Below, piece after piece: positions 28,330 through 38,189 of a stretch of 63,947 nt of DNA (its first letter is position 1; each line of letters begins with the position of its first letter). Source of the DNA: Pseudomonadota bacterium. Lineage in GTDB: Bacteria > Myxococcota > JACRCW01 > JAFGSX01. Location of the stretch: contig JBDRCO010000086.1 in the NCBI GenBank assembly GCA_043821645.1, positions 1 to 63,947 on the forward strand. Reading direction: 5' to 3'. A program made the translations under genes and the position numbers. The notes beneath the pieces are model-generated. The model was given only the letters and a program-made list of their open reading frames with translations, ran no database searches and was not told the DNA's origin.

Positions 28330-29129
28330 GATGTCGGCTTGTCCCCTCTCGGTGTCGAAACGCTGCTCGCAAGGCCTCGGCGCAGGGCCTCGAGCCGGGC
28401 CGCAAGGCGACCGTCAAGCTGCCCGCCACCGGCTGCGATGAGGCAGTCGCCGCGCTGCAACGCTGGGTCCGGCTGCAGCGTGATGTGGGTGGCGCCCTCG
28501 CTGGCCAGCGCCAGCTCCTGCTCGAACTCCTCCAGCAGGGCCAGATCCTCGGGATGCAGGTGTATCGTCAGCGCGCTGGAGCCCCTGGCCTCCCGCACCA
28601 CCGTCCGGGTCAGGTCGAGCAGGGTCGATGGCTGGGTGGTGATCTCCCGCTCGAGCAGACGCCGGGCCAGCCGCACGGCCAGGTCCATCACCGACTCGCG
28701 CGTCTCCGCCTGCAGGATCTGCTCCAGCACATGCAGCCGCTCGATGCTATGGCGCAGGCGTTCGACCTGCTCCTGCCACTGGCCCCGGAACCCCTCCTCG
28801 AGCTGGTCCCGGGCCTCTGCCAGGCCCACCCGGTAGCCCTCTTGGTGTGACTGCCGGAAAGGATCCAGGACCTGCGTGTCCTCGCTCACTGTCATGTCCG
28901 GCACCTGGCCATGGTCGTCGACCCCAACTGGCGCTGCAGCTGCCGAAGTGCTGCGCGCGGTCGCGGCCTCCGTCGCTGCGCCCGTTTCCGTGCTGAACTT
29001 CTCGGCCTCGGTACCCCGGGCGGTCCCGACGTGGTGTGGCCACGCCACCGGACGCGGGGTTGTCGGTGTTCCCGCCGGGTGAAAGACTGGAAAGGACGGG
29101 CCGGTGCTGAAGCTGTTAGACAAGGTCAT
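28326..29129 (-). CDS. fliH: FliH
   Basis: EGYRVG..EG repeats; IHLHPEDL; DPALQRGDC; between fliG and fliI. Confidence 0.9.
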   Translation of the reverse strand: MTLSNSFSTGPSFPVFHPAGTPTTPRPVAWPHHVGTARGTEAEKFSTETGAATEAATARSTSAAAAPVGVDDHGQVPDMTVSEDTQVLDPFRQSHQEGYRVGLAEARDQLEEGFRGQWQEQVERLRHSIERLHVLEQILQAETRESVMDLAVRLARRLLEREITTQPSTLLDLTRTVVREARGSSALTIHLHPEDLALLEEFEQELALASEGATHITLQPDPALQRGDCLIAAGGGQLDGRLAARLEALRRGLASSVSTPRGDKPTS

Positions 29130-30117
29130 CTCCCATGGCCAGCGCGATGGTGCCCTCCTCGGCCAGGCGCATCACTGTCGACACAATCTCTTCGTGGGCC
29201 TTCTCGACGTCGGCGATCCGGACCGGTCCCATGGCAGACAGGTCCTCTTGCAGCATCTCTGCCGCGCGGCTTGACATGTTGCAGAAGAACTTCTCCTTGA
29301 CCGCGGCAGGGGCGCTGCGCAGGGCCACCGACAGGGTGTTGCCATCGATGGAGCGCAGTACCTGCTGCACCGAACGGCTGGCCATGTCGGCGATGTCATC
29401 GAAGGTGAAAAGGCGCTTCTTGATCTCCGCCGCGAGCTGGGGGTCGGTGGCCGCGATGCGTTCGAGCACCTCGTCGCGACGCCCCGTCGCCTTGAGCACG
29501 GCAGCGGCTGCCGTGGGCCCGCTGAAGGGCATGCTTCCACCCGCGCTCATGGCGCGGACCTCGGCCAGCAAGGTCTCGCCGATCTCGCGCACGAGCTCGG
29601 GCTTGATGTTCTCGAGCCTGGCCACCCGTGCCAGCACCTCGCTGCGAACATCCTCCTTCAGGCCATTGAACACCTTGACCGCGTGCTGCGGCGCCAGGGC
29701 TGCCAGTACCAGGGCTGCGATCTGCGGATGCTCGCGCTCGATCAGGGTGGCCAGGGCGCCCGGATTGAGCTCGGCACAGTCGGCCAACGGATCGGGATCG
29801 CGCGACGGCGCGGGGGCCGGTCCCAGTAGCAGGTCGGCGCGTTCTGGACCCACAGCTCTCACCGCCAGCGAGTGCAGGTAGCTGCCGCCACCGGGACCCA
29901 CGAAGGGGCCCGTCATCGCCACCGCGAACTGCTCGAGTACGCCCTCGATATCCTGCGCCGTGACCTGTCCAAGGTGCCGGGCCGCATCGCTGATGGCACG
30001 GAGTTCGTCGCCTCCCAGATGGCGCATGAGCCGGACGGCTACCTCCTCGCCCAGGCTGAGCAGCAGGATGGCCGAGCGCCGGGCCCCGGCCGTGTGACGC
30101 TGAGCGGCGGCGCTCAT
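29116..30117 (-). CDS. fliG: Motor switch FliG
   Basis: AILLLSLGEE; EHPQ; LFTFDD; NMSSRAA..GPVR. Confidence 0.97.
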   Translation of the reverse strand: MSAAAQRHTAGARRSAILLLSLGEEVAVRLMRHLGGDELRAISDAARHLGQVTAQDIEGVLEQFAVAMTGPFVGPGGGSYLHSLAVRAVGPERADLLLGPAPAPSRDPDPLADCAELNPGALATLIEREHPQIAALVLAALAPQHAVKVFNGLKEDVRSEVLARVARLENIKPELVREIGETLLAEVRAMSAGGSMPFSGPTAAAAVLKATGRRDEVLERIAATDPQLAAEIKKRLFTFDDIADMASRSVQQVLRSIDGNTLSVALRSAPAAVKEKFFCNMSSRAAEMLQEDLSAMGPVRIADVEKAHEEIVSTVMRLAEEGTIALAMGDDLV

Positions 30118-31739
30118 GCGGCCACCTCGTTCTCCACCGGCAGCGTCTCGATCTCGCTCTCGGCGTCGCTGGCCAGCCAGGCGCGGACGATCTCGGCGGC
30201 GCGCTCCGAGTTCTCGAGGGCCGCATCCAGGGCCCGCTCCCGCTGCACGTGCATCTCCTCGGACGGAGCTGGCAAGCTAGCGGCCAGGGCTTCCTGGGGC
30301 AGAGGGCTCTGGCTGGTGTACCCATCCAGGGCAAGAGGATTGTCTCTTGCCACCTCGACCATCGCGCGCTGACCTGAGCGCAAGATGGGCCGCAGCGCGA
30401 AGACCACGACGGCGAGGGCGAGCAGGGCCACTCCGATGAACTTGGCGACAGGTAGAACGAGCGGGGCCCAGCTCGTTGTCGTCCCTACTTCCGAATTCGT
30501 CTGGACAAAGGACATGCTCTCGATCTGCAGCTGGTCGCCGCGGCTGGCGTCGAACCCGATCGCCGTCATGGCCAGGGCGCGCAGGCGCTCCACCTCCTCG
30601 GGGCTGCGTTGCTGCTCCACTGTCGTTCCTGAGCCGGCGGGACCCTCGACCTGGCGCGGGCCCACCAGCACAGCCGCAGACAACCGCCGCAGGGTGCCAC
30701 CTCCACGCTTGGTGCGCATCTGGGTGTATGACACCTCGTAGTTGGTCACTTCGCGGGCCGAGGAACCGACTGAACCCTCGCCAAAGACCGCGGAGTTGCC
30801 AGATCCGGCCGTGTTGGCTTGTGCGCCAGCGAGCCCTGCGGGATCGCCACCAACTTTGCGCTCGTCCTCGCTGCGCTCCTCGCTGCGCACCGCGCTCTGC
30901 TCGGGTTGATACACCTTGGAGGTCTCGACCGTGGACGAGGTGTCCAGGTCCACGGTGACCCGGGCGGTGACCATCCCCTCACCCACCACGGGAGACAGCA
31001 AGGAGATCAGCCGTTGCTCCAGCGCGCTCTCCATTGCGCGTTGACGCTCACTGGCCACGACCGCCCCTCCATCGTCCTCGGTGAGCAGGTGACCGCGGTC
31101 GTCGATCACGCTGACATCCTTGCTGTCCAGTCGCTCGACCCCGTGGGCAACCAGGTTACGGATGCCGCGAACCTCGTCCCGCTCGAGTGCGGCGCCGCCC
31201 TCGAGGGCGACGACCACGCTCGCCGATGGCCTGCGTGCGTCCTTGTCGAAGATCGAGGGCTCTGGGGTGGACAGGTGCACCCGTGCACTGCGCACTCCCC
31301 GGATGGAGCTGATAGTGCGCGCCAGTTCTCCTTCGAGAGCTCGACGCTGGCGCAGCTTGATGGTCACGTCACTGGCTCCGAAAGGCAGCGTATCGAGGAT
31401 CTCGTATCCACCGGCGACCTGGCCCACCGTGCCTGCTGCTGCGAGTTCGACGCGCATGGAGTCGATCTGGCTCTGGGGCACTCGCAGGGTCCGCCCGCCG
31501 TCCTCCAGCTCGTAGGGAACCTGGGCAGCGCGCAGTGCCTCCACCGCCGCCTGTGCCTCGCCGGGCTCCAGGTTGCTGAACAGCACCCCGTAGGGCTGGT
31601 AGCTCCCCACCGCCAACAGCAGCGCGGCAGCGATGCCGAGCACGGACACGCCATACAGGATCCCGCGCCGCTGTCCCGCCGACAAGCGAGCCAGTCGGGC
31701 GCGAGCGACCTGGATCAGCGCCGGGAGGTTTTCAGGCAT
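30114..31739 (-). CDS. fliF: MS-ring FliF
   Basis: ATG after AAGGAG; RALEGELARTI..ARVHL..PSASV; GFDASRGD; two TM segments. Confidence 0.96.
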   Translation of the reverse strand: MPENLPALIQVARARLARLSAGQRRGILYGVSVLGIAAALLLAVGSYQPYGVLFSNLEPGEAQAAVEALRAAQVPYELEDGGRTLRVPQSQIDSMRVELAAAGTVGQVAGGYEILDTLPFGASDVTIKLRQRRALEGELARTISSIRGVRSARVHLSTPEPSIFDKDARRPSASVVVALEGGAALERDEVRGIRNLVAHGVERLDSKDVSVIDDRGHLLTEDDGGAVVASERQRAMESALEQRLISLLSPVVGEGMVTARVTVDLDTSSTVETSKVYQPEQSAVRSEERSEDERKVGGDPAGLAGAQANTAGSGNSAVFGEGSVGSSAREVTNYEVSYTQMRTKRGGGTLRRLSAAVLVGPRQVEGPAGSGTTVEQQRSPEEVERLRALAMTAIGFDASRGDQLQIESMSFVQTNSEVGTTTSWAPLVLPVAKFIGVALLALAVVVFALRPILRSGQRAMVEVARDNPLALDGYTSQSPLPQEALAASLPAPSEEMHVQRERALDAALENSERAAEIVRAWLASDAESEIETLPVENEVAA

Positions 31740-31821
31740 CGCGAACACTCCTTCTGGCACGCTCCCGCGGGCGGCATCTCCTGACGGCCCGGTCCCCCGC
31801 GGGCATCACCATCGCGACGAC

Positions 31822-32112
31822 TCAGACGCTGAGCCGCATGATCTCGCGATAGGCATCCACGACCTTGTTGCGAACCTTGACCAGCAGGCGGAGCTCGAGG
31901 TCGGCACGCTCGAGGGCCAGGGCGGCCTGGTGGACATCGACCTTCTCGCTGGCAGCCTGCTCGACCACATGATCTGCAGTGCGAAGCTGCCCCTCGAAGT
32001 GCTCGGTGGCCTGGGCCAGCGCCGAAGAGAAGTCTCCTGAGCGACCAGCCCCGGAAGTGGTCTCCGATCGCAGCTGTGGTGCGAGAGACGGTCTTTCAAG
32101 AGCGATGCGCAT
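31822..32112 (-). CDS. fliE: FliE
   Basis: VRNKVVDAYREIMR. Confidence 0.95.
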   Translation of the reverse strand: MRIALERPSLAPQLRSETTSGAGRSGDFSSALAQATEHFEGQLRTADHVVEQAASEKVDVHQAALALERADLELRLLVKVRNKVVDAYREIMRLSV

Positions 32113-32116
32113 GGTT

Positions 32117-32530
32117 TCACCTCATCAGCTCGAGGGCCTTGGAGACCATGTCCTTGGCGGCCTTGAAGGCAGTGGTATTGGCTTCGAAGGCCCGCTGCTC
32201 GGTCAGCAGGTTGACCATCTCCTCGACTGGGTTGACGTTGGGCATGGCGACCATGCCTTCGGCATCCGCGTCGGGGTGATCCGGGTCATGGACCATGCGC
32301 GGCGGGTCGGTATCTGTAGCGACCCGGGCGACCTCGACGCCACGCACCGCGCCGTCGAGCGCGCCGGCAAAGGACGATGCCACCAGCACGGGGTCGCGCC
32401 GTCGATAGGGGCCACCCTCCGCTGTTCGCGTGGTCTCGGCGTTGGCGATGTTGGACGCCGTCGTGTTGAGGCGAACCCGCTGGGCGCTCAGGCCCGAGGC
32501 ACTGATGCGCAGGGCGTGGTACAGGGTCAT
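32117..32530 (-). CDS. flgC: Rod protein FlgC
   Basis: SNIANAETT..GGPYRR; HPDAD..PNVNPVEEM. Confidence 0.97.
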   Translation of the reverse strand: MTLYHALRISASGLSAQRVRLNTTASNIANAETTRTAEGGPYRRRDPVLVASSFAGALDGAVRGVEVARVATDTDPPRMVHDPDHPDADAEGMVAMPNVNPVEEMVNLLTEQRAFEANTTAFKAAKDMVSKALELMR

Positions 32531-32663
32531 CGCAGCTCTCCTGAGTGCAGGGGCTCAGCCACCGAGTGCGTCCCGGGGGCGGCGATCGGGAGCGGTTGTG
32601 GGGTGCCCGACCACAGGTCGAGAACGTGGGTGCAAGTGCGGCGATGCAGTGCATGGTGCGGCG

Positions 32664-33044
32664 TCATCGGTCGCCCTCGATGGCGTAGCGAAGCATGGCA
32701 AGCTTCTTCGAGATCATTCGCGTCGCTGCGCTAAACCGCTCGTTGTTGGCGGCGAGCTTGGCCATCTCCACGTCGAGGTCCACAGCGTTGCGATCGAGCC
32801 CGGGCAGCGAGCGCAGATCGTAAACCGGCTCCCCTTCGTCATCCGGGCCACCCAGGTGACGGGGGTCAGACGCCTCGGTAGCCAGGCCTCCCGGCGAGTT
32901 GTCCACCTCGGCGAGATCCACGGGCAGGTAGCCGGGCGTGTCGACGTTGGCGATGTTGCTGCTCAGCAGCTGGTGCCGGAAAGCGCTGCGATCGAGCACG
33001 TGCTCCAACAGGGCATGGGTTGAACCCAGGAGGTCCCGGATCAT
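32664..33044 (-). CDS. flgB: Rod protein FlgB
   Basis: SSNIANVDTPGY; DRNAVDLDVEM. Confidence 0.95.
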   Translation of the reverse strand: MIRDLLGSTHALLEHVLDRSAFRHQLLSSNIANVDTPGYLPVDLAEVDNSPGGLATEASDPRHLGGPDDEGEPVYDLRSLPGLDRNAVDLDVEMAKLAANNERFSAATRMISKKLAMLRYAIEGDR

Positions 33045-34969
33045 CGTGGTCGCTCCTTTCGCGCGATGGTTTCGCCGGGTGCACTGCCTGCCGATGACGG
33101 CGCGGTATGCATGTTGACGATGGTCTGCAGGGCCCGGAGCTGGGCACGCCCCAGGGTGCTGTCGGGCAGCAGGGCCTGCGCGCGATCAGTGCGTCCGACA
33201 CTGGCCAGGCAGCGCGCCTCGGCGTACGTCGCCTGTGATGGGCACAGCATACCTGTCTCGACGAGGGGGAGAGCGGACGCGCTGGTGCCGGGGGGCAGCG
33301 CGCCGCGCTCGTCGAGGAAACGCAGGGTCATTCGATAGCGCGCGTCGTTGCCATCATTCCGGTAGGCCCGCGCCAGCGCGAGGACGTCATCGACCGGGGC
33401 TTGCTCGCCGAGCCGCCTCAGCAGCGCGGTCCGGATCGCGATCTCGCGGGGCCACAGTGCCAGCTCAGCACAGGCTCCGGCAGCCAGGCGCTGCTCGTCG
33501 GGACCGAGCAACTCGTCATGGGTATGGAGCTGAATGCGAAGAATCTGCAGGGGCCGGCCATCGAGCGCGGCGCGCTGCATGGCCGCCCGCGTCAACGTCT
33601 GGATCAGAAGCGTCGGTGCGGTCGGGACCTCCAGCGCTTGCCTCAAGGCGCGGCCTTCCTCGCGGCGCTGGTACAGGCCCAGCGCCAGCCGCAGGCGCAG
33701 CTCGGGACGGAGCGCTCGCAGCGCCGGCTCGCGCAACGCGGCGCGGTAAACCTCGTCGAGCTCTGGTCGACTCGCAGCATCGTCCAGCTCGGCGCGGCGC
33801 AGCTCGAGCCAGGGCGCCTGTGAGGGCAGCACATCGCGACATCTCAGCAGGGCACGCCGAGCGGGCGCGATGTGTCCCTGCTGGGCGTGGATGTCGACAA
33901 TGCGCGCCAGGGCCAGAGCGCACTGGGGACCCTGGGCCTGCACCACACGTGACAGACGGCGCAGCGCTCCTCCGGTGTTCCCAAGGATGCGATGGGCCTC
34001 CGCCAGCAGGAGCGCGAGCTCGTGTCGAGTGCCCAGGGCGGGCTGGCGCTCCTCGGCTCGCAGCAGGAGTGCCGCGCCTTCGCGTTGTGCGCCCTGCGCC
34101 CACCGCGCCACGCCAAGCCACGCCAGGGCCGACGCACCCGCTGCATCACTCCGCAGGGTCATACGCTCGAGCTCGGCGGTCGAGGCCCCGGGGACCTGGG
34201 CCAGCAGGGCGAGCAGCAGCAGGCGATACACCGCAGGGGCGTGGGCGAGTTCGGGCTCGACCAGCTCACGCGCAATGGTGGCATGTCCGGCCTCAAGCTC
34301 GGCGCGCGCCATGAGGTAGCTGGTGCGGACCCGCAGCGGGGAGCCGGGGGCTTGCAGCAGGGCATCTCGCAGCTCGCCAAGGCGCGAGGTCGACGACAGG
34401 GCAGCCCGCCAGGCGCACACATGTCGCGCATCGCCCTGCCCTGGCGTCGCCGCTTCCTGTTGCAGCAGGGCCTCAGCCCGCTGCCCTGCTCCCCGGGCAT
34501 CGCCACGTTTCAGCGCTCCGGCCAGCGCGGCATCTTGGACGGCGGAGGCAAAGGCAGACAGGGGACCATCCGGGAGGTGCGCGAGGCTGGGGGGCAGAGG
34601 CAGCAGGGCCTGCTCGAACAGCGGCGATTCCGGAGCCAGGCGCCGCAGCACACACAGAATCAAGCGCTTTCCCCGGGGCCGATGCTCCACCCACAGCGCG
34701 GCGGCACGTCGGGCGGGTTCAATCTCCAGCAGCTGCCCACGACGCTGCACGCGCCAGACCAGCTCCGGCCGAAGCAGTTCGAGCTGACTCGCCAGTTCCT
34801 CTGCTGTGGACACGGGGCCCAGGGTGCCAACTCCGTACGAGGCATTCCAGTCGAGCTGTACATGCTCATTCGCTGGCAGGGGCAGCTCGCCATAGCGCTC
34901 GCAGTCGCCCACCGGCACGACGGCCAGAAGTCGGGGCAGAAGCAGCGCCGGGAGCAGGAGCTGGGACAT
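33041..34969 (-). CDS. TPR-like helical-repeat protein heading the flgB operon
   Basis: Hydrophobic N-terminus, Ala/Leu-rich TPR-like repeats; stop overlaps flgB start. Confidence 0.65.
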   Translation of the reverse strand: MSQLLLPALLLPRLLAVVPVGDCERYGELPLPANEHVQLDWNASYGVGTLGPVSTAEELASQLELLRPELVWRVQRRGQLLEIEPARRAAALWVEHRPRGKRLILCVLRRLAPESPLFEQALLPLPPSLAHLPDGPLSAFASAVQDAALAGALKRGDARGAGQRAEALLQQEAATPGQGDARHVCAWRAALSSTSRLGELRDALLQAPGSPLRVRTSYLMARAELEAGHATIARELVEPELAHAPAVYRLLLLALLAQVPGASTAELERMTLRSDAAGASALAWLGVARWAQGAQREGAALLLRAEERQPALGTRHELALLLAEAHRILGNTGGALRRLSRVVQAQGPQCALALARIVDIHAQQGHIAPARRALLRCRDVLPSQAPWLELRRAELDDAASRPELDEVYRAALREPALRALRPELRLRLALGLYQRREEGRALRQALEVPTAPTLLIQTLTRAAMQRAALDGRPLQILRIQLHTHDELLGPDEQRLAAGACAELALWPREIAIRTALLRRLGEQAPVDDVLALARAYRNDGNDARYRMTLRFLDERGALPPGTSASALPLVETGMLCPSQATYAEARCLASVGRTDRAQALLPDSTLGRAQLRALQTIVNMHTAPSSAGSAPGETIARKERPR

Positions 34970-34982
34970 GGTGCGTGTCTGA

Positions 34983-34997
34983 GCACAGGCCGTGCCA
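34983..34997 (-). promoter_or_regulatory. Sigma54 promoter of TPR-flgBC-fliE..flgE operon
   Basis: TGGCACGGCCTGTGC on minus strand (GG-N10-GC). Confidence 0.75.
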
Positions 34998-35092
34998 GGT
35001 CTTGCGTCCGCGGCGAGAAAAAAAGACGAGCACTTCTGCCTGGTTCCTGCATCCCGTCGGCGCGGAGCCAGGGTGGGGTGGGTCAATCGCGC

Positions 35093-35126
35093 GTCAACGA
35101 CTTGACGACCTCGTCGCGGCGCCGAC
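35093..35126. promoter_or_regulatory. Tandem 14-bp palindromic enhancer boxes
   Basis: GTCAACGACTTGAC and GTCGCGGCGCCGAC ~100 bp upstream of the sigma54 site, with an A-tract in between. Confidence 0.6.
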
Positions 35127-35132
35127 ACTGGC

Positions 35133-35159
35133 TCCAGATCTCATGGCGCGTGCCGATAG
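35133..35159 (+). promoter_or_regulatory. Sigma28 promoter of MinD-like/PilZ operon
   Basis: TCCAG-N14-GCCGATAG. Confidence 0.65.
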
Positions 35160-35176
35160 CAGACCAAGGGAGTGCC

Positions 35177-36352
35177 GTGGTGCCTTCTCGTCTACACATG
35201 ATCGCCAGTGGCAAGGGTGGTGTCGGCAAGTCCACCGTCGCGGTCGGCCTGGCCGCAGCTCTGGCCGCCGATGGCCGGCGCGTGGTGCTGGTCGACGGAG
35301 ACATGTCTCAGGGGACGCTTCACCTGCATCTGGGCAGCCACCGCCCGGCCCCCGGCATCCGCGAGTTCTTCGCCTCCCCGCGCGCCACCTTGCCGCCGCT
35401 GCTGCAGCCCTGTCCGGCGCTGGGTTTCGAGCTGCTGGGCGCGGGCGGCGAGACCCTTGGCATGACCCACCTGCACGTACAGCGCATCGCTCGCCTGGTC
35501 AGGGCGCTGCGCAAGCTCGACCGCGACGACGTGATCGTGGATCTGGCAGCGGGCAGCGCCAATAACACGCTCGATCTCTATGGAACGGGGGACCTATGCT
35601 ACATCGTCCTGACCCCGGATCCCCCCGCGGTTCTGGCCGCCTTCGCCTTTCTCAAGGCGGCCCTATTCAGGGCCATGCGGCGCAGCCTACCCGATGACAG
35701 TGAACTCGGGCTGGCCACGGCGGCGCTGTACCAGCACGTCAACCTGCGCGAGGCGCCACAACCTGTGGTGCTGGATCTGGTGGCTGGAGAGCAGCGCGAT
35801 CAACTAGAGCAGATCCGCGCCAACCTGCACATTCGCGCCGTGGTCAACTTTGCCGAGAGCGCCAACCCCATGGCGCCAGCCAGCGCAGTGGCCAGCGTGG
35901 CCCGGGAGCGCCTGGGCCTGCACACCCAGGCTGTGGGCGCCCTCCCTGCATCGTCGGTCATCGCCCACGCCCTGAGACAAGGGCAGCCCTGGCCGAACGT
36001 TGCCCCCGAACTGGCGCTCCGCCTGCGCGCCTGGACCGCGGTGCAAGCCGAACCTATGCCGGCGCCGCCGTCACCCGTCGCCTGCGTCATCGGCTTCAAC
36101 GAGGAGGTGGTGCGAGGTAGCCTCAACCTGCACGTGCAGACCGAGGACCTGGGGGCGGCGGGACAGGTGCTAAGCCTGGTCTACCTCGGAGGGCGTGTGG
36201 TGTTTCGCATACAGCGCCCGCTCCTCCCCGACGGGGAGGCGAGCGAGCTTCGTGCCACGGCCGTGCAGCACCAGCACCGGACCGTCATCCTCGGCATCCT
36301 GGGCGGAAAGCTGGACCGGGTGCTCTCGGGCCTGCGGGAGGATGCTGCATGA
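35177..36352 (+). CDS. MinD/FlhG-family ATPase with extra C-terminal domain
   Basis: GTG after AAGGGAG; IASGKGGVGKST, LVDGD, IVDLAAG; C-terminal GFNEEV..HVQTEDLG..QH..GKLD extension. Confidence 0.85.
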   Translation: MVPSRLHMIASGKGGVGKSTVAVGLAAALAADGRRVVLVDGDMSQGTLHLHLGSHRPAPGIREFFASPRATLPPLLQPCPALGFELLGAGGETLGMTHLHVQRIARLVRALRKLDRDDVIVDLAAGSANNTLDLYGTGDLCYIVLTPDPPAVLAAFAFLKAALFRAMRRSLPDDSELGLATAALYQHVNLREAPQPVVLDLVAGEQRDQLEQIRANLHIRAVVNFAESANPMAPASAVASVARERLGLHTQAVGALPASSVIAHALRQGQPWPNVAPELALRLRAWTAVQAEPMPAPPSPVACVIGFNEEVVRGSLNLHVQTEDLGAAGQVLSLVYLGGRVVFRIQRPLLPDGEASELRATAVQHQHRTVILGILGGKLDRVLSGLREDAA

Positions 36353-37008
36353 ACACGCCGGTGCTGGTGACACACCCGGATCCCGTGCGTACGCGGGCCA
36401 TCGAGGATGCCCTACGGCAGAGCGGGTTCGCGCCCTGTACGCCGGGCACCACGGGGGTCAAGCTGCAGGTGCGCGGTGAGGGGAGCGCCCACCTGCGCGT
36501 GCGGCTCGAGCGCCACAGCGCCGTGCTCGAAGCCTCGGCCAGTGTCGAGGAGATCCTGTTCTGGGTCAACGAGCTGTGGTTCTCGCGCCGGCGCCCCGGT
36601 GGTCCACGCTGCCCCATCGAGCTTCAGGTCGTCGTCGCGCATGGAGCGCAAGTCTCGCACACCACCACGGCGGATCTGTCCGCCTCGGGCCTGTATGCGG
36701 TGATGGTCGATCCACCGGTCCGAGGCGCCGCGGTCGGCGTCGAGCTTTATCTTGACGATGACGCTCCGCCTCTTCGAACCCTGGGCATGGTAGTCAAGTC
36801 GGTGCGCGGTGAGGACGATCTGCTGATCGATGACAGTGGCACCCGGACGTGCTCTCACCCGGGTGCAGCCATCGACCTCGTTGGGCTGCCCGATGCCGGC
36901 CGGCAACGTCTCGCCCGATGCGTGCAGCGCGCTCTCCGCACCCGCAGCGCCCAGGATCGCTCCGGGCACGCGAAGACGCCGTGCCTTCCCAGCCGTGCGC
37001 GCCGTTGA
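36349..37008 (+). CDS. PilZ-domain protein
   Basis: RRRPGGPR..DLSASG; beta-rich C-terminal domain. Confidence 0.7.
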   Translation: MNTPVLVTHPDPVRTRAIEDALRQSGFAPCTPGTTGVKLQVRGEGSAHLRVRLERHSAVLEASASVEEILFWVNELWFSRRRPGGPRCPIELQVVVAHGAQVSHTTTADLSASGLYAVMVDPPVRGAAVGVELYLDDDAPPLRTLGMVVKSVRGEDDLLIDDSGTRTCSHPGAAIDLVGLPDAGRQRLARCVQRALRTRSAQDRSGHAKTPCLPSRARR

Positions 37009-37037
37009 TCGGTGGCGTAACGCCACCCGACCCTTGT

Positions 37038-38138
37038 CTACCTCGTGAACTGAAGGCTGCGCACGAAGTCCGCTGGACGCGAGGCGGCAGCGCGGGCGGT
37101 CTCGAAAGTGATCAGCTCTCCCTCGAGCAGCTCGACCAGGTGCTGGTCAAAGCACTGCATGCCGTGATCGAAGCGCCCGCTGGCGATGTAGCTGTCCATG
37201 TTGCGTAGCTTGGAGGGGTCGCGGATGGCCTCGACCGTGCTGGGAGCCGAGACCATGACCTCGGCCGCCATCACGCGCCCCGGCCCCTTGGCGCGGGGTA
37301 GAAGCTTCTGCGAGACCGTCATGGCCAGCATCTCGGACAGCCGCAGACGCAGTGGCTGCTGCTCCTCGGTGGGGTACATGCCCACCAGACGCGAGATGGT
37401 GCTGATGGTGTCCGAGGTATGAAAGGTCGCCAGCACCAGGTGCCCGCTCTCGGCAGCCTGCAAGGTGATGGCGATGGTGTCGCGATCGCGTAGCTCGCCG
37501 ACGAACAGCACGTTGGGATCCTGGCGCAGTGAGGCGCGCAGGCCATCGGCGAAGGACAGGGTGTCGCGACCGACCTCGCGCTGGGTCACCGTCCCCACGC
37601 GGCTCGGGATCACGTACTCAATGGGATCCTCGATGGTCACGATGTGCCGCGCGCTGCTCTCGGCGATCAGCGCCAGCAGTGATGCCGCGGTGGTGGACTT
37701 GCCCATGCCGGTGGCGCCGGTGATCAGCACCAGGCCGCGGTTGAACTCGGCGACGCGGCGCAGCACTGGTGGCAGGCGCAGCGCCTTGAGATCCGGGATC
37801 TCGAGCGGGATCACGCGCATCGAGATGGCCAGGCGCGCATTCTCGTGAAACAGCGCGACACGGAAGCGCCCGAGCCCGGGACGCAGCAACGCGAACTCCA
37901 GCTCCTGGTGCTGGGGCAACCGGCGCAGCCTCTCCTCGCCCACCAGGGCCGCGGCGATGGCCGCCATCTGACTGGCTCCCAGGGGCGGGATCTCGAACGA
38001 GCGGAGCTCACCGTTGATGCGGTAGCGCGGCGTCTGGTCGACACGAAAGTGAATGTCCGAGGCCCCTACCTTGAAGGCACCTCGCAGCAGCTCATCCAGA
38101 TCCAGGGGCGCTGCATGCGCGGCAACGGCTGTGGTCAC
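37038..38138 (-). CDS. pilT: PilT/PilU-family ATPase
   Basis: GASDIH; GATGMGKS; TIEDPIEY; LRQDPNVLFVGELRD; ESGHLVLATFHT; GMQCFDQHL; GTG after GAGGAG. Confidence 0.88.
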   Translation of the reverse strand: MTTAVAAHAAPLDLDELLRGAFKVGASDIHFRVDQTPRYRINGELRSFEIPPLGASQMAAIAAALVGEERLRRLPQHQELEFALLRPGLGRFRVALFHENARLAISMRVIPLEIPDLKALRLPPVLRRVAEFNRGLVLITGATGMGKSTTAASLLALIAESSARHIVTIEDPIEYVIPSRVGTVTQREVGRDTLSFADGLRASLRQDPNVLFVGELRDRDTIAITLQAAESGHLVLATFHTSDTISTISRLVGMYPTEEQQPLRLRLSEMLAMTVSQKLLPRAKGPGRVMAAEVMVSAPSTVEAIRDPSKLRNMDSYIASGRFDHGMQCFDQHLVELLEGELITFETARAAASRPADFVRSLQFTR

Positions 38139-38189
38139 CAGGACCCTCCTCGGCGGCGCGCAGGCTGCGAGCGCGCGGACCCACTCCAC

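Noticed and set aside
24877-28836. 1319 aa plus-strand ORF
   Set aside because: Antisense to flgD, fliK, fliI and fliH; no recognisable domain
31754-31768. TGGCACGCTCCCGC as a sigma54 promoter
   Set aside because: GG-GC spacing is 9 rather than 10, and it is antisense to fliF
33992-35176. Long N-terminal extension of the MinD-like ORF
   Set aside because: Overlaps the TPR gene antisense and its promoters; RBS and sigma28 site support a start at 35177
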